DNA of 64,000 nucleotides from an uncultured Planctomycetaceae bacterium (GTDB lineage Bacteria; Planctomycetota; Planctomycetia; Planctomycetales; Planctomycetaceae), in NCBI GenBank assembly GCA_963815195.1, contig CAWFGE010000015.1:256001-320000 (forward strand). Direction: 5' to 3'. The stretch's first letter is position 1; every line of letters starts with the position of its first letter. The position numbers and the translations under genes are program-made. The notes beneath the pieces are model-generated. The model saw only the letters and a program-made list of their open reading frames with translations, was not told where the DNA came from and did no database searches. Shown here one piece after another: positions 1 through 10,022 of the stretch.

Positions 1-777
1 GAGGTGAAGGAATCCGATTTCGGCGGGCCGATGCGGGACAAGTTCGCCCAAGTCCGCAAGATGGGCTATGGCGTCGACGCCGCCATGCGAAATTATTTGG
101 GGGCGGTCAGTTCGCTCGACGACGATGTCGGCCGCTTGCTGGCCAAGCTTGATGAACTCGGACTCGAAGACAACACGCTTGTGGTTTTCAGCAGCGATCA
201 CGGCCCGGCCCCGATCCTGCCGCCGGGCAAGAATAAACGGCGGAACGCACTGGCGGAACAGGCCGAAAGGCGAACGAACATGCTCGGTTCGCCGGGCCCG
301 TTCCGTGGCGGCAAACACACAATGCTCGAAGGGGGCGTGCGCGTGCCGTTCATCATTCGCTGGCCGCATCACGTGCCGGCGGGACGCGTCGATCGGGATT
401 CGGTCCTCAGCGGCATCGACTGGCTGCCGACGCTGTGCTCCCTGGCGGGGATCAAAATCGACGCCGATGATTTTGACGGCGAAGATGTCTCGTCGGCGTG
501 GCTTGGCCGGGCCGTGCCTGCGCGGTCCAAGCCGTTGTTCTGGCGCGTGAGCCATCCCGGAGCGCCAGTGGGGATTCGCGACGGCCGATGGAAACTGTAC
601 GTCCCCAGACGCCGGCAAGATGAAACGGAACTCTACGATGTGACGGCGGATCCTGCGGAAGAGCACAACCTGGCGACGAAAAACCCCGACGTGGTGAAAA
701 CGTTGTCCGCCCGGATTGAAGCCTGGAAACGGGCGTTGCCCGAGGAATATACGAAGAGCAACAGTCAAATCGACTGA
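1..777 (+). CDS. Sulfatase, C-terminal part (5' end outside window)
   Basis: Motifs FSSDHG, GPFRGGKHTMLEGGVRVPFIIRWP, ELYDVTADPAEEHNLA typical of arylsulfatases. Confidence 0.93.
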   Translation, partial: EVKESDFGGPMRDKFAQVRKMGYGVDAAMRNYLGAVSSLDDDVGRLLAKLDELGLEDNTLVVFSSDHGPAPILPPGKNKRRNALAEQAERRTNMLGSPGPFRGGKHTMLEGGVRVPFIIRWPHHVPAGRVDRDSVLSGIDWLPTLCSLAGIKIDADDFDGEDVSSAWLGRAVPARSKPLFWRVSHPGAPVGIRDGRWKLYVPRRRQDETELYDVTADPAEEHNLATKNPDVVKTLSARIEAWKRALPEEYTKSNSQID

Positions 778-821
778 CGGTTCGGCCGGCTTCCATTTCA
801 CAAAAGCGAAAGGGGCAAACG

Positions 822-2138
822 ATGTTCAAAGACTTCTCCTCGGACGGTTTTCAAGCGCGACGCAATTGGCTTGCCGCGGCAACGGGGATGTCGGTTGCGG
901 GGCTTATGCAGCTTTTGGAACCGCGGGAAACGGCCGCTCAATCGTCGCCAACGAAGCAACAACGCGAACCTTACGGCGAGGCGGATAAACGCGAGCATTC
1001 TTCCGTCGAAGACATCCCGCATCGGCGGGACCGGATGCGAATTACCAAGATCGAGACGATGCTCGTCCAGCCGCGGTGGTTGTTTCTCAAAATCCATACC
1101 GATTCGGGCCTTTCCGGATGGGGCGAGCCCATTGTGGAAGGGCGGGCGAAAACGGTGGCGATGGCGGTGGAGGAAATGGGGAGGTATCTCATCGGAAAGG
1201 ATCCTCGCGATGTCGTCCACCATTGGCAGGCCATGTATCGCCACGCCTTTTACCGCGGAGGCCCCGTGTTAACCAGCGCGCTGAGCGGGATCGACATGGC
1301 GCTTTGGGACATCAAAGGCAAGGCGCTGGGCGTTCCGATCTACGAATTGTTGGGCGGGCCGACGCGGAGCCGGGTTCGCGTTTACGCGCACGTCAAAAAC
1401 GATCCCGAACTCTTAAAGCAGCGAAAGGCCGAAGGATTCCGGGCGTTCAAAACCACCGTCTTGAATGCCACGCGCTCGGGAATCGTCGCTTCCCGCCGGT
1501 TCATCCGCGACGCTGAGGAGGCGTTTGCGAAACTCCGCGAGGCCGGCGGCGACGAGGCGGAGATTGCCATCGATTTTCACGGGGCGATCAGCCCGCAAAA
1601 TGCGAAACTGCTCATCAAAGCCTACGAACCTTATCAGCCCATGTTCATCGAAGAGCCGGTCGCTTGCCAGAACGTGGACGTGATGGCGGAGATCGCGAGA
1701 GGCACGCCTCTTCCCATTGCGACGGGCGAACGGATTTTTACGAAATGGGGCTTTCGCGAGATTCTCGAAAAACAAGCCGCAAGCATCCTGCAGCCCGACC
1801 TCTGCCATGCGGGCGGAATCACGGAAGTCCGGTTGATTGCGGGAATGGCCGAGGCCTATTACGCCGCGGTTGCGCCTCACAATCCGCTCGGCCCCATCTC
1901 CCTCGCCGCGGGCATTCAACTGGCCGCGTCCATTCCCAACTTTCTTTGCCAGGAACAGGTCAGTCTCGGAGAGGGGTATCTGAAACAGCCTTTTGTCGTC
2001 CAGGACGGCTTCATCCCGCTTCCCACCGGCCCCGGTTTGGGCATCGAGATCGACGAACAGGCTCTGGCCGACAAAACCGGCCACGATTGGTTAAACCGCG
2101 AAACCTATTTCAAGGATGGATCCGTCGTGGATTGGTGA
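822..2138 (+). CDS. dgoD: Galactonate dehydratase-like enzyme (mandelate racemase/enolase superfamily) with N-terminal twin-arginine-like leader
   Basis: PRWLFLKIHTD-G--GWGEP-VEG, FYRGGPVLTSALSGIDMALWDIKGK, DFHG, IEEP, TGER, APHNPLGP; leader ARRNWLAAATG. Confidence 0.85.
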   Translation: MFKDFSSDGFQARRNWLAAATGMSVAGLMQLLEPRETAAQSSPTKQQREPYGEADKREHSSVEDIPHRRDRMRITKIETMLVQPRWLFLKIHTDSGLSGWGEPIVEGRAKTVAMAVEEMGRYLIGKDPRDVVHHWQAMYRHAFYRGGPVLTSALSGIDMALWDIKGKALGVPIYELLGGPTRSRVRVYAHVKNDPELLKQRKAEGFRAFKTTVLNATRSGIVASRRFIRDAEEAFAKLREAGGDEAEIAIDFHGAISPQNAKLLIKAYEPYQPMFIEEPVACQNVDVMAEIARGTPLPIATGERIFTKWGFREILEKQAASILQPDLCHAGGITEVRLIAGMAEAYYAAVAPHNPLGPISLAAGIQLAASIPNFLCQEQVSLGEGYLKQPFVVQDGFIPLPTGPGLGIEIDEQALADKTGHDWLNRETYFKDGSVVDW

Positions 2139-2143
2139 GTTCC

Positions 2144-2170
2144 GTAGCGGGGGCTTCCAGCCGCCGCTAC
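2144..2170. terminator. GC-rich palindrome (REP-like or bidirectional terminator) between convergent genes
   Basis: gtagcgggggct-tcc-agccgccgctac imperfect inverted repeat right after the dgoD stop. Confidence 0.5.
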
Positions 2171-2202
2171 GTTGGAGGCGGCATTCTTTCCGCGGGAGTC
2201 GA

Positions 2203-3048
2203 TTACGCGGGGCGAAGTTCCACGTGGTGATCGGGATGCACCACGACCAGGTGGTTCTGCGGAACTTCCTTCCAGCCGGACTCTGCGGTCAAAGGCTCCG
2301 AGGCGATGATCACCGTCTCGGATTTGCCGCTGCCGATCATGTAGCACTTTTCCTTTTCGCAGACGTACCGTTCGCCCGTCCGCAGCCAGAGACTCGGGGC
2401 GGTCGAGTTCATCGTCGCATACCGGGACACGACCGAACGTTTGCCATCGGACACCGCCATGTTGAGCAGCGACCGGCGGGTCGCCCCCGCCTCGCTCGTC
2501 AAGCGGCTCACGTCGTCGATCGTCGCCCGCATGGCTTCGACCATCGCTTCCGTCGGATCCATCGAACTCCGCTCGGCCGCATGGTCGCGGAACATCGCAA
2601 ACAGGTGCTCGGAATCTGTCGTTCCGTGAATCCACAAATAAGCCTCGTCCGAGAGGTTTTCGGTGATCTTCCGCTTGATCGCCCGGAACTCGGCGACCGA
2701 GCCGTTGTGCATGAACGAAAAACGGTCCGCAATAAACGGATGGCAGTTTGCCTCGGACACGGAAAACCCGCCCGTCGCAGCCCGCACGTGGGCCAGGATC
2801 GTCGGGCTGCGGCTGACCCGCGCGAGGTGCAAGAGATTCACGTTGTTCCATGCGGGCTGAATCGAACGGAACAACGCCGGCTCCGGGGAGAGGTCCGGGA
2901 CATACCAGGCGATGCCGAACCCGTCGCCGTTCAAAGGCTCCTCGCGAAGCCGGGCTTTGAAACTCTGCCGAATGATGGAATGCTCGGAGCGGGTCGTCAA
3001 AAGATCGAGCGTGATGTCGGGTCCCATATACAGCACGAATCGGCACAT
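2203..3048 (-). CDS. Class II glutamine amidotransferase (EgtC/YafJ-like Ntn hydrolase)
   Basis: N-terminal MCRF (Cys nucleophile), NGDGFGIAWY, AHVRAAT, NCHPF, HNG, GTTDSE, IASEPL. Confidence 0.92.
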   Translation of the reverse strand: MCRFVLYMGPDITLDLLTTRSEHSIIRQSFKARLREEPLNGDGFGIAWYVPDLSPEPALFRSIQPAWNNVNLLHLARVSRSPTILAHVRAATGGFSVSEANCHPFIADRFSFMHNGSVAEFRAIKRKITENLSDEAYLWIHGTTDSEHLFAMFRDHAAERSSMDPTEAMVEAMRATIDDVSRLTSEAGATRRSLLNMAVSDGKRSVVSRYATMNSTAPSLWLRTGERYVCEKEKCYMIGSGKSETVIIASEPLTAESGWKEVPQNHLVVVHPDHHVELRPA

Positions 3049-3122
3049 AAAAAGACCTCTCTCGGATGGTTCTATCAAATCAACCAATCGGAACGGTAGC
3101 TGCACTTTCTGCACCAAATTGC

Positions 3123-3290
3123 TTAGCTTAATACATTTAACGTATGAAGGTCTCTGGGCGCTTTGACCACAACGCCGACCGAACCTCGAGGATGCTGCGT
3201 GCGGCCGTTTTGGCCAACAACATCCTTCAGCATCACGACTTGTGTGCCGACTGAGAAGATCAAGTTGGGATTATAGTAAACTCGTTTAGC
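3123..3290 (-). pseudogene. N-terminal remnant of a nucleotidyltransferase-type protein, truncated at an AT-rich junction
   Basis: YNPNLIFSVGTQVV...HPRGSVGVVVKAP resembles the N-terminus of such proteins; ORF ends abruptly. Confidence 0.45.
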
Positions 3291-3477
3291 CACGCTCGAA
3301 GACTTTCGTGTTTGTCTGATCCTGATTGCGCTGCCCGAGCCATTCAATCAACGGCATCTGCCACTGAATCGAACAATATCGGGTTCCCGAAGCTCAGGTC
3401 GAAGCTCCGAAACCGATTCGAGTGCTTGTGCAGCAAGTAGCCGAGATCGGTGGCTGGTTTGCGTTCTGTGGAGATCG

Positions 3478-4044
3478 TCAGGAGCGTGTCATCCAGTTTC
3501 GTTTCTCAATGGTTCTAACGTTCGTGGCCCTTGCCAATTTCACGAGATAAGGTCCGAGACGTTGCAACACTTTATCAGTTCCGTCTCCAATAAACTCTGG
3601 CACATACACGGCATTGCCGTAGTTGCGCTCACACTTCTGGGGAGTGTCATCGACGACCAAAATGCGTTGCACGTCATAGCCTCGACGTTCCACCTTTTTC
3701 AAATCCTTCACATAATAGTACGTCTGCTTCTCCCCGTCGTATCTCGGGACGCAGCGATCTCGTCCCCACACGAATTGCAATTCCAGTCGTGACGGGAAGA
3801 TGCAATGCACGATGGCAGCAGCGTAATCTGGACTCGACGACGACCAGACTGCAAGGTCAAAATGCTCAGCCACATGGATGAGAAACTCGTGCAAATGCGG
3901 TCGCTGGTACACAAAATACGGGCCCACCACATGATCCGGCTCGTGGTCCAGCGGCCTCTCGCTGGCAAATAGCAGAGTTTCATCTAAATCAAGGATCAAC
4001 AGTGGGCGAACGGTGTCTGTCATATCATAAAGAGTCCTTCTCAT
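3478..4044 (-). CDS. HAD-family FCP1/NIF-type phosphatase
   Basis: LILDLDETL (DxDxT), RPHL-EFL, VWSSS, VKDL, VVDDTP. Confidence 0.9.
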   Translation of the reverse strand: MRRTLYDMTDTVRPLLILDLDETLLFASERPLDHEPDHVVGPYFVYQRPHLHEFLIHVAEHFDLAVWSSSSPDYAAAIVHCIFPSRLELQFVWGRDRCVPRYDGEKQTYYYVKDLKKVERRGYDVQRILVVDDTPQKCERNYGNAVYVPEFIGDGTDKVLQRLGPYLVKLARATNVRTIEKRNWMTRS

Positions 4045-4350
4045 GAAATCCTTCTATCACCAGATTATGACACTCGATCCACGTCGGCGGCTCGCATTTC
4101 TCGGCCAGTTTGCGAATGACCTGCTCGGGAACCGCTTTGCTTCGTGCTTTGTTTTGACGAAGCAGCGTCTCGAACGGCGGTTCGAGGTAGACGATTTCGA
4201 TGCGGGCATGGTAATCGGCAAACAGGTCGAGCCACCGACCGCGGGTCTGCTGCATCGTGTTCGTGGCGTTGAAGGCGAATGACGTGCCCGCCCTGAGCAA
4301 CTCCCGGCAGCGTTCTCGGGCAAGCTGCGCCACTTGTCCCTGATTGCCGG
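4025..4350 (-). pseudogene. C-terminal fragment of an AAA_33/polynucleotide-kinase-like protein
   Basis: FAFNATN...[16 protein letters not shown]...N-AR---VPE-VI--L...EPP-W-ECH; N-terminus missing, fused to an integrase fragment. Confidence 0.7.
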
Positions 4351-4610
4351 TTGGTTCGGTGGCGGTGCGATAGCGGCGAATGGTCTGCAACGATGAGCGA
4401 CGCACGTGTTCGTGCTGCTCCAGCCAACGCGTGCGGAGTTCGACAATCGAGATGGGCTCAAACCCCAGAGACGAAGGGATGCCCACTTCCAACTTCCAAC
4501 TGGGCATTGAATTCCGCGGCCATCTGCCGGGCGACTTCGCCGTCGGGACCGACACGCGGTTGTTTGCGTTTGCCGTGCTCGCGGTAACACACGTACCAGA
4601 CCCGGCCCCG
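4350..4610 (-). pseudogene. N-terminal fragment of a tyrosine integrase (frameshifted by a ttggaag duplication)
   Basis: Manual translation [40 protein letters not shown] / [42 protein letters not shown]. Confidence 0.6.
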
Positions 4611-4706
4611 CTCTCCGCTACAAAACGCGACAAACGGGAACTTTCTGAGGAGCTCAGAAAACGCAAATGCCCGCGAGTCAAGAACTTAGATTCACGGGCA
4701 GCAAGC

Positions 4707-4732
4707 AAAAGCGGAGAGAGGGGGACTCGAAC
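4707..4732 (-). repeat. att core, left copy (tRNA-Ser 3'-end-like fragment)
   Basis: aaaagcggagagagggggactcgaac; reverse complement GTTCGAGTCCCCCTCTCTCCGC matches a T-arm/acceptor end; 21 of 22 bp identical to 17910-17931. Confidence 0.8.
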
Positions 4733-4773
4733 AACCCTCGAAAACAAGGGGGAAACGGCCAATTCTTCCCCAG

Positions 4774-4793
4774 GCGGTGCAAAATCCGGTGCA
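4774..4793 (+). repeat. Putative integrase arm-type site GCGGTGCAAAATCCGGTGCA (copy 1)
   Basis: Identical 20-mer at 17737-17756 and 17781-17800. Confidence 0.7.
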
Positions 4794-5158
4794 CTTAATG
4801 CAGAAACGACCCCGATGGATGCCGATTTGCAAACCCTCATCGACCGATGGCCGGCCCTTCCAGAATCGGCGAAAGCCCACATTTTGGAAATCGCTCTTTC
4901 GGTGGGGAATGGGGAATAGTGGATACGCCGCATTGTTTGATTGGTGATTTCTTTTCTGATTCCGATTGGAGAATCAATTTGCCTAAATTGCAATGTTTGA
5001 GCGATCCCAACTTTCAATTTGGTTTGCCGATCATGCTGACCATAAGCGGGCAACAAAAGCAAACCCGCTTCAGCAATTCAGGAGATTGCTCTTCCCCTCT
5101 GAAACCGACTCGGGACAATTTGGCGGGAAACCTTTTCGGTCAACATAAGCGGGTAAAA

Positions 5159-5505
5159 ATGAACGAATTCGCCTGGAACGTGAAAACCGACGCCGAAACT
5201 GCGGCCCACAGAGCAGGGGGACGGCGGCATTACAATGCGTTCCGGCAGTTGCCGAGGCCCTGGGCGTGCACCGCAGCACGGTTTGCCGGGATTTGCAGTA
5301 TGCCGAAGATTTGGAACGCGGATTAAGCCCATTCGAAATTCACTTGAAACGAAAGGCCGAACGCAATCAGGAAATTCCAATGACACCGGACACATCTCCG
5401 TCCGATGAGCACTTCGACCGAATTTCCGTTTTGACTCGCGAACTCTTGGTGAAGGGGCTATCCCAGCACGATATTGACATAATCCTGAATCACCACATGG
5501 CATGA
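5159..5505 (+). pseudogene. Degenerate/frameshifted HTH protein
   Basis: AGGRRHYNAFRQ in one frame continues as GVHRSTVCRDL (HTH recognition helix) in another. Confidence 0.45.
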
Positions 5506-5589
5506 AATCAGCAGCAATGCTTTGGGGAGGACGGAGCCATCGCCAACCGCAAATCGAAATCAACTCAAGGAAATGGGCAACTGACCGTT

Positions 5590-6027
5590 GTGGAAACGGC
5601 CGTTCCGCCAACCGACGGTGACGCTTTGCAACAAAATGCGACACTTCCGGCGCAGCAAGCGCGGGCGGTGGTTGGTTTGTTGGGCGGTTTGTCCATCACC
5701 GAGGCGGCGAAAGTGGCCGGTGTGAACCGTGCGACCGTGCATCGCTGGTTGAAGGACGATTTTTCGTTTCAGGCGGCCGTGAATCGGGGCCGGCGAGAGT
5801 TACGGGAGGCTTTGCAAAGCCGGCTGATGAACTTGGCAGAGGATGCGATTTCTTGTCTGGAGCAGGCCGTGCAGGCCGGCGATGGAAAAACCGCCTTGGC
5901 CCTTCTGAAAGGTTTGGGATTCCTAGGTGGGAAACCCATTTCCATTCCAAGCGGCGATCCTGACGAGTTGCGGGACCAGCACGAAGAGCAAGTCGCCCGA
6001 CGCAAATTGCTTTCGGTCCGCCGCTGA
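5590..6027 (+). CDS. HTH protein, phBC6A51/small-terminase-like
   Basis: GLSITEAAKVAGVNRATVHRWLKDD-SFQAAV followed by helical oligomerisation-like region. Confidence 0.7.
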   Translation: METAVPPTDGDALQQNATLPAQQARAVVGLLGGLSITEAAKVAGVNRATVHRWLKDDFSFQAAVNRGRRELREALQSRLMNLAEDAISCLEQAVQAGDGKTALALLKGLGFLGGKPISIPSGDPDELRDQHEEQVARRKLLSVRR

Positions 6028-6108
6028 TTTTCCTTTCCCCCCGCCTTCGGGCGCGTTACACTGGCCGGATATTCATATCAGTGAAAATCGGGCGGTAGAA
6101 ACGGGCGG

Positions 6109-8547
6109 GTGATGGCGGTTGATAAGAAATCTCTCAGCGAACAGGACATTTGCCCCCAGTTCATCACGCCCACGATCCAATCTTCGGGTTGGGATTTGGC
6201 AACCCAAATCCGCTTTGAAGTGACTTTCACGGCGGGGCAGGTAATTGTCAAAGGGAAGTCCATCAAGCGGGGCAAGGGCAAGCGGGCGGATTATGTGCTG
6301 TTCTACCGCGAGAATCTCCCGCTGGCCGTCGTGGAAGCCAAGGACAACAAGCACACCATCGGTGCGGGGATGCAGCAAGCCCTCGTTTATGCCGATGGGG
6401 ATGCCCTGGATTTGCCTTTCGTTTTCAGTTCCAACGGCGATGGGTTTCTGTTTCACGACAAAACCCAAACCGGCGGGAAACTCGAAACGGAAATCGCCCT
6501 CGATGCGTTTCCCTCGCCCGATGAACTTTGGGAACGCTATCTGCAAGTGGAAGGGATCTAAAACCCGAAGTCCGCCCGCTGGTGACGAATGATTTCTATT
6601 CCGATGGCACCGACAAGAAGCCCCGCTATTACCAATTGAACGCCATCAACCGCACCATCGAAGCCATCGCCAAAGGGCAACAGCGGGTGTTGTTGGTGAT
6701 GGCCACCGGGACCGGGAAAACCTACACCGCGTTTCAAATCATTTGGCGATTGTGGAAACACGGACTCAAAAAGCGGATTCTGTTCCTGGCGGATCGGAAC
6801 ATCCTGGTCGATCAAACCCGCGTGAACGATTTCAAACCCTTCGGCGGGGCAATGACCAAGATCACCAACCGCACCATCGACAAATCGTTTGAAATCTATT
6901 TGAGCCTGTACCAAGCCATCACCGGGACCGAAGCGGAGAAGAACATCTACAGGGAGTTCTCCCGCGAGTTCTTCGATTTGATCGTGGTCGATGAATGCCA
7001 TCGGGGAAGCGCCAAAGAGGATTCCCAGTGGCGGGAGATTCTGGAATACTTCAATCACGCCACGCAAATCGGGCTGACGGCCACGCCCAAGGAAACCGAA
7101 TACGTTTCCAATATCCATTACTTCGGCGAGCCGGTTTACACCTATTCGCTCAAGCAAGGCATTCAGGATGGTTATCTGGCCCCGTATCGCGTGATTCGGA
7201 TTGATCTGGATAAAGACCTCGAAGGCTGGCGGCCTCCGCAGGGACATACCGACAAATTCGGCGAACTGGTGGAAGATCGGCAATACAACCAAAAAGACAT
7301 GGACCGCACGTTGGTGCTAGAGAAACGCACCGAACTGGTGGCCAAAAAGGTGACGGAGTTTCTCAAAGGGACCGACCGCTATGCCAAAACCATCGTGTTT
7401 TGCGAGGACATCGAACACGCCGAGCGGATGCGGCAAGCCCTGGTCAACGAGAACGCCGACCTCGCCGCCAAGAACCGCAAATATGTGATGCGGATCACGG
7501 GTGATAATAAAGAAGGCAAAGCCGAGTTGGATAACTTCATCGACCCGGAAAGCATTTATCCGGTGATCGTCACCACGTCCCAACTGCTTTCCACCGGCGT
7601 GGATGCCCAGACTTGCAAGCTGATCGTGCTGGACAAAACGCATTCAATCCATGACGGAATTCAAGCAAATCATCGGGCGGGGCACGCGGATCAAGGAAGA
7701 CTACGACAAGTTCTATTTCACCATCATGGATTTCAAAAAGGCCACCGAACATTTTGCCGACCCGAAATTCGACGGCCCGCCCATTTCCGTTTACATCCCC
7801 AAACCCGATGACCCCGTCGTTCCGCCCGATGAGGAGGATGAGAACCCCGAAGGCGGCGAATCGGGAGAACCCGACGGCGGGGAAGTGATTGACGGCGATC
7901 CCGCCCCGCCCGGCGGCGATGAGGGGGAGGACACCGGCAACGGGGGCGGGGGCGGAGGCGGAACCGGCAAGCGAACGAAAATCTACGTCGATAACGTGGA
8001 AGTCTTCGTCAAGGCCGAGCGGGTGCAATACTTCGATCCCCAAACCGGCAAACTGATGACCGAATCCCTCAAGGACTTCACCAAAAAACGGGTGGGGCTG
8101 GAATATGCTTCGCTGGATGATTTCCTGCAAACGTGGAACCAAGCCGAGCAGAAACAGGCCATCATTGATGAACTCGCCGAGCGGGGCGTGTTCTTCGATG
8201 CCCTCGCCGAGGATGTGGGAAAAGACTTCGATCCCTTCGACCTGGTTTGCCACGTCGCCTTCGATCAACCGCCGCTCACGCGGAAGGAACGGGCCGAGAA
8301 CGTCAAAAAGCGGAACTATTTTACGAAGTACGGCGAACAGGCCCGCGCGGTCTTATCCGCCCTCTTGGAAAAATACGCCGACGGCGGTTTCGAGGAACTC
8401 GACGACTTAAAGGAATTGAACACCTTGACCGTCGATCCGTTTTCCCAAATGGGAACCCTCGTCGAAATCGTCAACGCTTTCGGCGGAAAGGAAAAGTACC
8501 TTGAAGCTCTCCGCGAATTGGAGACAATCCTCTATCAAGCCGTTTGA
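6109..8547 (+). CDS. hsdR: Type I restriction endonuclease subunit R (EcoAI/EcoEI type), split by two frameshifts (~6560, ~7640)
   Basis: RADYVL...VVEAK nuclease motif, [38 protein letters not shown]-terminal [22 protein letters not shown]. Confidence 0.93.
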
Positions 8548-8576
8548 ACCGAACCCACCCAGGAAAAGATTTCCCA

Positions 8577-10022
8577 ATGGTCAGCAGCGCCCAAATCAAA
8601 TCCATTCAAGACACCATGCGGAAAGATGTGGGCGTGGATGGCGATGCCCAACGCATCGGGCAGATGGTGTGGTTGATCTTTCTCAAAGTCTTCGACGACC
8701 GCGAGCAGGAACACGAACTCTTAAACCCCAAGTACAAATCGCCCATTCCCGAAAAGCTCCGCTGGCGGAATTGGGCGGCGGACCCCGAAGGCATCACCGG
8801 CGATCCGCTTTTGGATTTCGTCAATCTGGAATTGTTCCCCACCCTCAAAAATCTTTCCGTGGGAAACGACAAGCTCAAAAAGGTGGTCCACGATGCCTTC
8901 GAGGATGCCTACAACTACATGAAGTCCGGCCAACTGCTCCGCCAGGTGATCAATCGGCTGAATGAGGATTTCGACTTCAACCGCTCGGAAGATCGGCACA
9001 TCTTCGGCGACATTTACGAGCAAATCCTCCGCGATCTGCAATCCGCCGGGAACGCGGGCGAGTATTACACCCCCAGGGCCGTCACGCAGTTCATGGTCGA
9101 GATGGTCAATCCCCAACTCGGCGAGAAAATCCTCGATCCCGCTTGCGGCACGGGCGGGTTTTTAACCTGCGCCATCGAGCATATTCGCAAAAACCAGGTC
9201 AAAACGCCCGCCGATGAGGAGAAGCTGCAAGCCTCGCTCAATGGCGTGGAGAAAAAGCAACTCCCGCATCTGTTGTGCGTGACGAACATGCTGTTGCATC
9301 GCGTGGATGTGCCCGCGAACATCCTGCACGATAACACCTTGAACCGTCCACTGACCGATTACGGACCCAAAGACCGCGTGGATGTGATCCTCACCAACCC
9401 GCCCTTCGGCGGCCAAGAGGAAGATGGCATCGAGAACAATTTTCCGTCCGCCTTCCGTACCCGCGAAACCGCCGACTTGTTCTTGGTCTTGATCCTCAGG
9501 CTACTCAAAGACGGCGGCCGCGCGGCGATTGTGCTGCCCGATGGTACGTTGTTCGGCGAAGGCGTCAAAACCCGCATCAAGGAAAAGCTGCTCGAAGAGT
9601 GCAACCTGCACACCATCGTGCGTTTGCCCAATGGCGTGTTTAGCCCGTACACCGGCATCAAGACAAACCTGCTCTTCTTCGAGAAAGGCACGCCCACCAA
9701 GCACATCTGGTATTACGAGCATCCCTATCCCGAGGGTCAAAAGTCCTACAACAAAACCAACCCCATCAAGATCGAAGAGTTCGCCCCCGAAAAGAAATGG
9801 TGGAAGAAGCGGAAGGAAACCGAATACGCCTGGAAAGTCTCCGCCCTAGACATCAAAGCCGGCGGTTACAATCTCGACCGCAAAAACCCCCACGCCCAAG
9901 ACCAAGGCCCCGGCGACCCGGAGGAACTCTTGGCCCAGTTCCATTCTCTGGAAAGCCAAATCCAAGCCACCCGAGACCAACTCCGCCAAGAACTCCAAGC
10001 CGCCCTGGACCGCCCCCAATGA
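8577..10022 (+). CDS. hsdM: Type I R-M N6-adenine methyltransferase subunit M
   Basis: GEYYTPR, DPACGTGGFL (motif I), NPPF (motif IV), VFSPYTGIKTNLLFF. Confidence 0.96.
   Translation: MVSSAQIKSIQDTMRKDVGVDGDAQRIGQMVWLIFLKVFDDREQEHELLNPKYKSPIPEKLRWRNWAADPEGITGDPLLDFVNLELFPTLKNLSVGNDKLKKVVHDAFEDAYNYMKSGQLLRQVINRLNEDFDFNRSEDRHIFGDIYEQILRDLQSAGNAGEYYTPRAVTQFMVEMVNPQLGEKILDPACGTGGFLTCAIEHIRKNQVKTPADEEKLQASLNGVEKKQLPHLLCVTNMLLHRVDVPANILHDNTLNRPLTDYGPKDRVDVILTNPPFGGQEEDGIENNFPSAFRTRETADLFLVLILRLLKDGGRAAIVLPDGTLFGEGVKTRIKEKLLEECNLHTIVRLPNGVFSPYTGIKTNLLFFEKGTPTKHIWYYEHPYPEGQKSYNKTNPIKIEEFAPEKKWWKKRKETEYAWKVSALDIKAGGYNLDRKNPHAQDQGPGDPEELLAQFHSLESQIQATRDQLRQELQAALDRPQ

Noticed and set aside
4707..4732. 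Possible tRNA gene (also at 17910)
   Set aside because: Only the 3' 22-26 nt are present, with no D or anticodon arm; treated as att remnants
4025..5062. 345-aa ORF as a real gene
   Set aside because: Chimeric read-through of the att region, integrase fragment and kinase fragment
6109..8547. Programmed frameshifting or true inactivation of hsdR and other genes
   Set aside because: Single-base frame breaks occur in many unrelated genes across the window, so sequencing/assembly error cannot be excluded without reads
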